A DNA stretch of 64,000 nt, taken from assembly GCA_964106645.2 (NCBI GenBank), contig OZ067042.1, one strand, 5' to 3'. This DNA is from Podarcis pityusensis. Lineage: Eukaryota. The notes below the pieces were generated by a model. That model was not told where the DNA came from, ran no database searches, and saw nothing but the letters and a program-made list of their open reading frames with translations. Positions 1 to 12,300 of the stretch are shown here, in pieces; position 1 is the stretch's first letter, and each line of letters begins with the position of its first letter. The translations under genes and the position numbers were made by a program.

Positions 1-219
1 TCTGATTCTGAGTTTTGAAGACTTTCTATGGGGTTTAAAAAGTATTTTTTGTGCTTCATAATGGCCGAAAAACCCAGGTAGTGCCTTTTCAATCAGTTAG
101 AAAATCTAGGAACTGAAAAGCATAGGCAATTGTTACTTGTGCAGACTTCCTCTGCCCTGCCTCAAACCCATCAAGTTCAACAATAGGTAAAGCTAAAATT
201 TAATGGAATTATTTTTCAG

Positions 220-399
220 AGCAAGAAGCGGCAATATGACCAGGAGATTGAAAACCTGGAAAAACAGCAGAAACAGACAATAGAGCGCTTGGAACAGGAA
301 CATACAAATCGCTTACGTGATGAAGCAAAACGCATCAAAGCAGAACAAGAGAAAGAATTGTCCAAATTTCAGAACATGCTGAAAAACAGGAAAAAAGAG
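220..399 (+). CDS. SLK: SLK exon (180 nt)
   Basis: ttttcag|AGC...GAG|gtaaat; [16 protein letters not shown]...MLKNRKKE. Confidence 0.95.
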
Positions 400-3300
400 G
401 TAAATACTATTTATTTAGTTGGAGGAAAGAAGGTTGGTATTTCTTGGTCTCCAGTGATGTCTGCAGTCTTACTTTGAAAAAAAGATGTATCACCATAAGA
501 TGCCTCAACAGTAGATGTATTTTTATAATAATATTTAGCACTGAAAAGTTTTTTAAAATAAGAAACAGCCATGTGCAATGAAAATAGTAACCTTAGATAG
601 GAGCAAAGAAAATATAATGAAAAAACAATTATGTGGTGTAGATGTCTCCACCCTTATGATTTAAACATCATCGTTAGCTTAGGAGTTTTGCCATTTATTT
701 GGAACAGTATCAAATGTTATATGTAGTTAATACCTGTATGTTACAGACAATGTAAAATTGAGCTAGGAGTTCAATAGGGAGAACTGCTAGAATCCATTGC
801 ACACATATCTGTCACATGTGCCTCTTTGGATATGTGTGGCAAGTAAATATTTTCCTTACTATATTCAGTACATATAAAAGCAGCACAAAGGTGGAGGGAT
901 GAGGATACTTGTGCATTGGTTCATGAAACATTCATAGCAAAATGCAATGGTTTTTTGTTTTTCTTTTTACTTGTAGTTGAATTTGTTAAAAAGGCGATTT
1001 AATTAACTTTGTGTGGAAGAGTCTAGAACTCTGTGCTGTGGAAGACTACTCTGTGCCTCCAGAAAATCTTAAAACTGCAATCTTAAGCAACTTTGTTTGC
1101 ATTCATAATTCTGATAGCAAGATTTATTGTTGCCAACTTGGTTCTACACATTATAAAGCCATTAATCTAATAATCTAGATTCAGCTGTTGAGCCCTGCTA
1201 GCAGAAGCCTGCACGTGGACATTGAATAATGCAACAGGGCTTTCTTCCTCCCTCCGCACAGCATTAAAGTGGCTCGGATGGAGAAGGATAACCTCCAGAA
1301 CAGCACACTTTCCATTTGGCAAGATGAAACACTTGTGCTGCAAGAACGATTACCATGGCACTACTTTGAATTAGTCCCAGTGAACCTAAGTTAGTGATGA
1401 CTGCAACTTCAGTGAATCTACCCTGAGTAGGACTAGCATTGGATACAGTTGTACCTTGGTTTGCATACGTCTTGGTTTGCATATATTTCGAATTACAAAC
1501 ACATCAAACCCAGAAGTGCATGTCCTGATTTGCAACCTTTTTTTGGATTGCAACCCATTTTTTTTGGATTACGGACAAAATTTTTTGGGAGGCCCCATTG
1601 GTGAAAGCGCGCCTTGGGTTAAAACCTGTTTTGGTTTACAAACAGACCTCTGGAACAGATTATGGTTGTAAACCAAGATACCACTGTATAACCCTTGATC
1701 TTTCAGAATGACTCACATGGGGGATTGATTGTAATATATGTTAAGAACTAGAAATGACCCAGTCAGTGATAAAGGCATTTTTAAAATTTAATTTGAGTTC
1801 AGCAGAGAGCATAGTTGATTTAAAATCAAACCAATTTGAAATTTATATTCTTTCATTACACTGGATGGAAGAAATACAGCTGTGCAAAATGCAGAAATTC
1901 TACCTATGATCTCATTGTTCTGCAGAAAGTGCCTGTAATCTTTTACTTCTCATCTTAACTTTTAAAAAAGCAGTTCAACAATTTCTAGATAATATACCAA
2001 TTTTGAGGCATATAATATGAATAGATTGCACAGATTTCTAGATGCTTTCATTTGGTTTTTAAACCAAATTTTTATACTAAGTAATATATGTCATTTAATC
2101 TCCAAGATACCATCACTTGTGTTTAATTTGCACAATATTGACTATTACTTCTTCTTTTTGCTGAACTTCTTGCACTCTGAGTCTCTATTGGTAATTGGGT
2201 CTCAAAAGGAAATCTGGTGAAGAGGTTTAATGCACTCAGGACCAATCTTTTTCATTGAACAGTAGCATGTGGTGATTTGGGCTTTGTTTTCTGTGGGTTC
2301 TTTGACTTTTAAACAGCCATTTGTTCTTGGATAGTTGTGACCTCCTAGTTCTTTTGTAGGAAATAACATCTAGAGTACTGAATCTCTTCATGAGAGTATG
2401 AAAAATATACAATCATACTTTTGATTATCTATATAACATGCATTATTATTTCCTGACAAAATGATCCATTAGATCCTTTGACATACATTGCTGAAACATA
2501 TTTGTAAGTGATTGCCTTCTTTGAATGTCACTAGCTAGATAAGCTATATGAAACTGGACACTTGATTTACACTTTCCTCAGCTCTGCAAATGCCCCCTTT
2601 GAGTGGCTTACTTTTATGAAAGTTGTTCTTTAGACAATTGTGTCTCAAATAAGACATAATGTCAACAGTAGCTGTTATTTTTGAGAAATCTAAACATCCT
2701 GCTATTTTGGAGCTTTTCCATGACGGTAAAATCATTTGTTGTCCCTCCCAATATCATTCTTGCTTTGACAACGGTCTCAAATTCCTTCGTGTTATACTGA
2801 ATGATTGCATAAAAAGTAAATGCAAAAGCATCTCTAATTAGTAGTTGCATGCAAAATGAAACTAGTTTCTAGAATACGATTAGTTCATGCACTTCTTTGT
2901 AGAATGCAGTTCGCAAATGCTTTGTGCATGTCTGCTTCTTCCATCCATCTTCTGCCAAGCTAACTCTTCTGGCTTCAATGCATGCTCTCTGATAACCTTT
3001 ATAATGCCTGACCTGCTCCTCTCGTATTCACCATAAAATGCTTGCTGTGGAGAAAAAGGGTTATCTTCCCCACCTTCTGCATGCTTGTGCACTATAGGTT
3101 TTTAATGAAGTGGAGAAAGCACCAAAAGAGCTGAGAAAAGAGCTCATGAAACGCAAGAAAGAGGAACTTTCTCAATCCCAGCATGCTCAGGTAACCGCAG
3201 CAGCTTCATGCTTCTAAAAACAAGCAAGCAGCTTTGTTCACAATAGCTTTAACCATTCCATAGTGGTTGCTTTTTGTTTTCCCTCTGAGTAAATATGTTA

Positions 3301-6300
3301 TTAATTTGTAATGACTGACCATTCTTAAAACCGTAGCTCAAATGTGTCATATAAACAGAAGTGCAATATATTCAGTATTCATTTACTTAGATGTGATTAG
3401 TTAGAACGACAGCCAAAGTTATAAAAATGCAATTTATGTAGTTAAAGTGTGTATTCAGGTGTGGATATGAATTTCAGGCTGTAATGTCTACTTTATTCAG
3501 GGCATTTACCATAAAGAATAATGTTATCAAAGTGTAAAAGTAGTAAATAATATTTTTATAAGCAATTTTTCATTATATCTTACCTTTGAATCTTTTAATC
3601 CCAGGCAATGCAGTTGACATGATGGTGTCCATGTTTATTATTTAATGGCTTGCCTGTACTTTCTGTGTTCCAAGCATGCTATTGCAGCAGACATACTATT
3701 GATTACTTTTCCTGTCTGAAACGAAGCGCATCTGAACTATATAAGGATCTGGATGTGTGGTAGTGTATATAGTGAATAAGGCAATGAAGAACTCTTCACT
3801 TTTTGTTGACATTCCTTGTCTTGGTATTAAATCCCAGACTAAGTACAAATAACTTCTGATATCCATGAATACTTCCTATGTATTCATGTACAATGAGACA
3901 GAAGTAATTCTGAAGTAATGCTTCAGGTATAAATTTTTAAAGTGAGCTGTATCACAGTTTCTGTACAAGGGTGTGAGGGGGTCAGGAGACTGCTGCTCAA
4001 CTCCCTGAATGACAGAGAAATCTCAGGAGTCAGTGCACTAAAGAAAGACAGGTGGAATGTTAGGGGAGTAAAAGATAGGAAAGAGGGTTAAAATGGAGGC
4101 ATTGCCAGACTGTCCAAAGCCAGTTTATCTCATGTATGGAGCAGGATCCTGCTTTTGCAGATATTCACAGTAGTGTATGCTACTTCCCTCTAAATACAAC
4201 TGTGTATATTTGAATGTGCACATCTCTTGGAACTGGATATTTGAAAAGGTGTACGTCCAGCCAATATTGTACTACATGAAGGCTTATTGAGTAACTACAG
4301 TCTTAAATATATTGGAGAAAATTCATTAATATATTTTGGGCACAGAGAGTTAACAATATAGGTTAAGTAGGACTAGGTTGTAGGGCATTATCTAGCAAAA
4401 TAAAATTAATACTGAAGACATGACATAAAGGTTTTTACTTCGTTTTGCAATTGGTGTCTTTATGAATACAGTGTAATTTTTGTTCTCATAGCTCCACCCA
4501 CATCACTGTAGGTATAAACTATAGCTTCAGAAATTTTACATCTTTTAACAGAAGTAATTCAGTACAACTTCGACTTTTAGGGAGGGAGGTGCTCCACTAA
4601 TGAGTCATACAGTCTTATTGCTTATGTTCGGTGTTTGAATGCATGGTTTGTGCTTGCATTCTGACCTCGGAAGTACATTGTATTCTGCTCTGCAGGGCGT
4701 TGCTCAGGTTATGATTCAGTCTTTTCAGTTGTCCTCATGTACCCTCTTCAATGCAATAATGCAGGATGTAAGTCCAACATGCCAAAAATTGGATGTTTCT
4801 TCTGTAGTTCTAGCTTGTTGTTCTGCTTTTTCTCTGACACGCATGTGCTGATGAATTAAAAAAAATAAATCTAAAAATGTGTTCATCTGCACAAAGGTTG
4901 TGATGGACAAACTGGGCAAATGAGTCTTGTTGATTTTCAGCACATGTGTGAAACCAGTGCTATGTTTTGCTTTTCTGTGTGCAGTGAAACAGGCATTTTC
5001 CAGAATGCTTCCTGATACCACCTGACAATGGGTGTTCCCTGCTGTACCTTATAGAGTCAGCCATCCTAAGTTTTGACTCATGGGGCAAGGAACACCCTTG
5101 TGACATTTTTTTCTTCTCTGCCTTGTGCAGTAGTGGTAATTTATTTTTTAAACAAACCCGCTTCTACCTTTGTGTTCTCTCTTCTGTTCCACCAGATGGT
5201 AGTTGGGATTTTAGTAGGAAGGTGGAAAGTTTGCTTTGCAAACTTTATTGAAACAGCCTTTTGTTACATGGCTCTGGGAATCTGTAGAACATCTAGGCTC
5301 CCCCATCAGCACTGTGTACCAAATATCTCTGTCTCTTTTACCGTATTTTTCGCTCTATAAGACACACCTAGTTTTTGGAGGAGGAAAACAAGGAAAAAAA
5401 TATTCTGAATTTCAGAAGCCAGAACAGCAAGAGGGATTGCTGCGCAGCGAAAGCAGCAATCCCTCTTGCTGTTCTGGCTTCTGGGATAGCTGCGCAGCCT
5501 GCATTCGCTCCATAAGACGCACACACATTTCCCCTTACTTTTTAGGAGGGAAAAAGTGAGTCTTATAGAGCAAAAAATACGGTAATTGCATAACAATGTT
5601 AGTGATCACAAGCCTGACATGGAAGTCTATGTCAACTGACCTTTCGTTCACAAAACTACAGAATAGGCTGTGGTAATATCCTTTATCTAGGTTATTCTCA
5701 TGTTCTGTGTTCTAAAACATACTCATCTAAACTGAGGAAGCCTCAGGACTGAAACACTACTTGCTTTCATTTCAGTTTAATAATCCAGCTCCTGCAATTT
5801 GGCAGAATTGCTGCTTGAGAAGGGCAGGTACATTTGCCAATTGTCTCACTTCATCAAAGCGATTAAGTAGACAGTGGACCTTTCTTGTTGTTGACATATG
5901 TTTCTACAGATCTGGGTTTTTGGATTTGTCTCTACAGATTTTTGGTTTTTGTTGTTGGAGCTTTTTTCCTGCTTTTCATTAGAATTTTGATAGTGGTAAA
6001 CTACAAACTTTTTCTCCCTCTCTTCCTCTCACATGCCACCCCCCCCCCCGGCAGCATCCTCTGAAATTTGCTCTGGGGTTTCCTTCAACTCTCCAGAGCA
6101 GATCTGTGGAGTCACAGGGAGTTAAGGCAATTCAATCCCTAATACAGTGGTACCTCGGGTTACATACGCTTCAGGTTACATACGCTTCAGGTTACAGACT
6201 CCGCTAACCCAAAAATAGTACCTCGGGTTAAGAACTTTGCTTTAGGATGAGAACAGAAATTGTGCTCCGGCGGCGGCAGCAGGCGGCCCCAGTAGCTAAA

Positions 6301-9300
6301 GTGGTGCTTCAGGTTAAGAACAGTTTCAGGTTAAGAACGGACCTCTGGAACGAATTAAGTACTTAACCTGAGCATTTGTAAAGAATTGATTCTGAAGGTA
6401 AAGCTTTCAGTTTTGGGGGGATGTTTAAAATAATGCATATTTTCTATAGTTCTCAGGAAACACAAGCTAACCAAAGTTGAACATACTTCAGTCTCACTGA
6501 CTTTCATTAAGAGACAATTTAAAAAAGAAACTATACTTTAACTATATATAGGTTGTACAGATATTCCACACTTACATAATTTATAATTTCCAGAAACTAT
6601 GTCTGTGCCATTGATCTAATACATATATAATGAGAGTGATACCTAAACCATGGAATCGTGCAGTAGGCTTCCAGGTCCCCCCTTCTGGTTAGTGTTAACT
6701 CTCGTTTGGTGTTATGTTTACCTCACCACTAAATATGCTTAGTTTTTAAACTAAGATTTGAAAATCTACTTTTCAAGTTTTGATTAAAACTAACCATGGT
6801 TAGCACTGGTGCAAACTTAATGTTGCATTGTAGTTAATGCTAACCAGGGGTAATTTGCATGCAAAAAGGGAAAGGGATCTTAAGAACCTAATGTCCCCAA
6901 ACACAGAGGATCACTACCATTACTGCTGCACTGTTCCATTGTCCATCTAATTTCTTTGCTACATTGTGCTTTTCCTGAAGAGGATGAATAAATAGAATCA
7001 CATAAGTTCATTTTGGGGTTTTTTGGCAAATGGATTCCTCATTTTCCTCCTCCCCCACCCACTTGATAGAAGCTGCTGGTTAATCCCTTGTAGCTTTTAA
7101 AAGTGAGTTAGCATGTGGCACAGAGAAGCTGCTGTTAGGAAAAGAAGTGACCAATTCTGATGGATGTACAAATCTTCCTATATGGTGCTTTCTGTTGGTT
7201 CTTGTGAGATGAGTAGGAACATCAGACATCGGACTTTGATAACATCTTCATCAAATTGGTCAGATGCAATTTGTCTGAAGATAACTAGCAAGTAAAGAAT
7301 TGCGATCAGGGCGGATGATTTCTGTGCAACCTGGCCTGGAGGTGAACTTTGCAGATTTGTTATTATTTTCTCATTTGTGTCCATAAATCACACGTCTTCC
7401 TTTTATATGAACCTTTTGAACTACAAGGACATCAGATGTGACTTACCCAATGCATAAAACATGGGCCTGTCTCAACATGAAGTGTCCCTGTTGTATTTGA
7501 TACAAGATTTCTGCATAAATTTTATTATATAATAGAGAGAGATGCACATAATACCATGTGCCCACCCCACACCTGGAAATAATGTGTAAGTGTTCAGACA
7601 TTGTTAGATTTCCACACAGCCTTCTTTCCGTTGGTGGAATGATCTGTATAGGATTGGATCAACTTCTAATGTAGGGCCAATATTTCTAGTTATTTTCTGA
7701 GCTTGTGACATCTGTTTTCATAAAGCTCCTTTCCACAAAGTAGGTGATAAATACTTCACATGTAACCACTTCCATTAAAATAGCTACACATGACTTGTTA
7801 TGTTAATCTTTGGAAGCCTTTTTCTCATGTATGTGCACTGTTCAAAATGTGCATCTGGAAGCCATTGGCCTCATTTCCCCAGCATTTGCTTATCTACCAG
7901 CCTCACATTACACGCTATAGATGGTGCAGCTTAATAAGTACATCAGTTGCCTAATGTGAAACTGTTTACAGTGCCATTGAGGAGCCAATCTTGTAAATTC
8001 TGCATTTTGAATTTTGCAAGTGTTTGGTCTTTTAAGCTATCACGTGTCCTCTACCTGGTCTGGGTATCTTGCTCTGAAACATGAAAATACAATGTTGACA
8101 ATATAATAGGTATCCTTATCTTGGAGAGGATTCATGTGGGCCAGAGGTTTCCCCAGACTTTGCACATGTTCTTTAAAAGACAGATGTACACATTCTAACC
8201 TAAACCTTTTCAGTATCCTTCACACATAGAGTGAATCAAGACAGTTCAATTGATTCTCAAGAGTAATTTGCCATCCATTGTTAACAGATAGCAAGAGAGA
8301 GCTGGTTCTGTGCAGCAAATATTCTTGTTTATATGAAGGCTTTTTTTTACATGGGTTAAATCCCCTCCCCAGTTTCCATTTCTGCTTGAAAGTAATGATT
8401 GAGCCAGAAAATAGACATTCTCTTCCCACAAAATACATTAAACCTACCTCAGTCGCAGTAGTTTTCAGCCATTTATTTATATTTGCTGTTCCTTGGACTA
8501 TTCTGACCTTCATCCCACCCTGCTTTCTTCCTCCTTAAGTGATCCCAGCCATTTATGGATCATATAATGGAGATGTCACAATAGCACTATGTACTGAATC
8601 TGATATGGCTATTTGTCAACATCAAGAAGTCTTTTAGAGTAAAGGCAGTGTTTCCTAAACTGGACAGTGATCAATCCCAGTCCCCCAGGGATCATGAAAT
8701 GGACACTTTTTACAGCTATTTTTGTAACAATCTACCAAAAAGAAAGAAACCAGAAAATTTCAGGGGGTGGGGGTGGGTGGCTTTCTTTTAATTTTGAACA
8801 AGTTTCTTCTGAAGCAGCTCAGCCCTAATCTTCTCATTTGTTGCTTTCCTAAACAGAATTTAGTTTACTTGGTAATTTAATATAAATGCATTAATAATAA
8901 TTTGCAAGCAAATTTGTATAAGAGTTGAACTTAATGTCCTTAAATTAAAGATTCTCTAAGTTGTGTGTGTGTTTTTTCCATATTTGCTGATTAGCATAAA
9001 GGCTGTACAAAGACATAGCAGGGTACAGCAACTGATCTGACAAGCTACTTGCCCACGAAGAATTAACTTGGGCTGGCAAGTGGCTGCCCGCAAGGCTGTC
9101 TCATATATAATTGGCCAAATTATATGTTTGCTGAAAAAGCAGTACTTGGTGGAGGGAAAAGAAAGAGAGAGAACTCATAGGGCCCATTAGTTTCCCAGTA
9201 TAGGTTTGCTACTGTTGAGAAATGCATGTTTCCCCTCACACTTTATAGTGCTGATTATTTCAAATGCTGTGGTAAGTACAGCAAGCTCACTTGCTGTGTA

Positions 9301-12300
9301 AATGTTTTAATTGACCCTTAGAAAATAATGTTGTGATTTGAATATGGGTTACCCAGGTTCAGATCCCTGTTTGAAGTTTGGCTTGTGGCAAAGTGTATGC
9401 ATCTTTCGCTCTCCGCATATTGCGCCTTACCTGCTAGTTGTGAGCTAAAAGGCTGCTCTGAGATCCTTTAGAAGAAGGCTGTATACAAATTAAGACATCT
9501 GAGACTTGTGCATAATGTACTCAATTTGGCTTAATTTCTGATAGGAGCAAGAGTTTGTACAGAAGCAGCAGCAAGAACTGGATGCGTCACTAAAGAAAAT
9601 CATTCAGCAGCAAAAAACTGAGCTAGCTACCATTGAGCGGGACTGTCTGAATAATAAGCAACAACTCATGAGAGGTATTTCTCCCTTTCCCCCTAGTGTT
9701 GGATTACTGTTCATCAACTTAAAGAAGCATTAAGGGCTCTGGGCACCTAGTACAGCTCACATGCAAGCCCCATGAAACTTGTGGAATGATTCATGTCCTA
9801 AATTTATGTCCTTCTAGTGAAGGCATGAAAATCCACTGAAGACTGTAGCTGTACATAAGAGTTTTTATTAGGCATGCAGAAAATGGTGTACAGAATCCAT
9901 TTTAAAATGGCTTGTCTGTTTCTGAAACAAGCCTACTTGTGTCTACAATTTTGGTGAATTGTTATTGGATAACTTGATGGGGAATAATTTCTTCAATGCA
10001 TTTCTCCATTAAATATTTAATTGGGGTTATTCTGTTATTGATTGCTTCGTGAAATACATTGTATAAGGAATGTTTTGGGGGTGACTCCTCAGTAATTTTG
10101 ACAGAATTTTTCTTCCCTTCTAGCCCGTGAAGCTGCAATATGGGAACTAGAAGAACGACACTTGCAGGAAAAACACCAACTGCTAAAACAGCAACTGAAA
10201 GATCAGTACTTCATGCAAAGACATCAGCTGCTTAAACGGCATGAAAAAGTTAGTACGATCCTAGTTCATCCTCTTTGCTGGCTCCAAAGCCTGGTTCAAA
10301 AACATCCTGTCCTCCTACCTATATTTATTTATTGCCTTTTTTCTTTAGTATTTAATACTTTTATATTTTGTGTAAGTTATTTGATATTTAGTCCCAATGT
10401 TCATAAGGTCAAAACAGCGCCTTAAATTCAGGGAGGGAGGGACACACAAACACTTTAGACCACCATTTCTCAACCTGTTGGTCATGACTCACAAGTGGGT
10501 CACAGTACCTGAGCAAGTGAGGTGTGGCCTTTATAAGTAAAACCAAAATAAGTATTGCTTTTGCTCTGAACTGGTATGATGAATACCTCTTGCAGGTTTT
10601 TGTTTGCATATTCTAATGCTGTGTTGGCACATGTAACCAAATGACAGAGTGCTGCTCCCACCCTAGCATGGAGGCAGGTTTGCCTCCTGCATTTCCTGAG
10701 AAGGCATGGGTGGTTTCTTCTGTGGAGGGGGTTAGGAAAGGGACGTGTGCCTTTCTACCCCTATAGTGCAAGGGCAGGTGTCAAGCTTTATAGGCTTAGC
10801 ACCACCCTCAGTCCATCCTTTCTTGCTTAGTCAAAATAATAATATCATTATCTTTTGTATCAATAATGATCTGAGACCATGTCTAGCAACCGTCAAAACC
10901 TGCATCAACCTACTTGTTGACAAAATGCAAGCTCAGCTACCCCATTGATACTTGCCAAAATGGACTTTTTCATGACTAAAACTATTTAAAATAGCCATAA
11001 TTTGTTATATTTAACATAGCGGTTTTTGAATAAAAATTACAGCTTTTGAAGCAATACCGTATTTTTCACTCTATAAGACGCACCAGACCACAAGACGCAC
11101 CTAGTTTTTGGAGGAGGAAAACAAGAAAAAAAATATTCTGAATCTCAGAAGCCAGAACAGCAAGAGGGATTGCTGCGCAGTGAAAGCAGCAATTCCTCTT
11201 GCTGTTCTGGCTTCTGGGATAGCTGCGCAGCCTGCATTCATTCCATAAGACGCACACACATTTCCCCTTACTTTTTAGGAAGGAAAAAGTGAGTCTTATA
11301 GAGCAAAAAATACGGTATATTGCAGTCAGATAGCTGGTCTTACATTCCTATAAATAAAATTATGAATAGCATATTTTTATAAACGTTTACACAAATTTCA
11401 TATCAATAGGGGTATTAAGGAAACTTTTCCTTGGATGCCTCAAGTAATGGTTATAAAATAGACAAAATTGCAGTTAAACAGATGGATGTTGAAGGCCTAC
11501 CGTATTTTTTGCTCTATAAGATGCACCAGACCATAAGATGCACCTAGTTTTTGGAAGAGGAAAACAAGAAAAGATATATTCTGAATCCCAGAAGCCAGGA
11601 CAGCCAGCGGGATCGCAGCACTGCAATCCCGCTGGCTGTCCTGGCTTCTTGCTTGGCCGCGCGCAGCCTCTCCTGGGCAAGGGGAGCCTTCATCCCCTGC
11701 CCGGGAGAGGCTACACACGGCTAAGGCTCCCCCAAGAGCCGCGCTCCCTTTAACGAGCTGCTTGGAGTGTGTGTGTGGCTCTTGGGGGCTTTTCCCCGAG
11801 GAGGGAGAAGGGCTGCCGTCCTCCCTCCTCAGGAAAAAGCCCCCAAGAGCCGCACACACGCTCCAAGCGGCTCGTTAAAGGGAGCACTGAGCAGAGCCTC
11901 CCGCCTGCATTCGCTCCATAAGAGACACACACATTTCCCCTTAATTTTTAGGAGGGGAAAAGTGCGTCTTTTAGAGCGAAAAATATGGTTGCGAAATCCA
12001 TGTGACAATAAAATGATGGGTCACTATACCAAGTAAATTTGGACTTGTGGGTCATTATACCCAAAGGGTAGAGAATCACTGGTTTGGACAATAAATAAAT
12101 AAATAAATGAAAACTATGAGTGATGGTAGTAGGCAAAAGTAGAGCTGCAAATTTTGAAATGATATTATTTAATGATCTTTTCAGTTGGCTGAAATTTGTG
12201 TGTTGTTATTACTGCTGGTTGACTAACCGGTTATTTTTTTAAAAAAATATTTATTGTCAGTTTTTCTGATACAGAAAATTTAATTATGAAGTGTTTTATT

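Larger units (their letters stand above)
10461..12081. mobile_element. degenerate hAT-like non-autonomous element hosting two nested MITEs
   Basis: Ends CACCATTTCTCAACC and GGTAGAGAATCACTG are imperfect TIRs; flanks CTTTAGAC/GTTTGGAC match 6 of 8 as a TSD. Confidence 0.45.
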
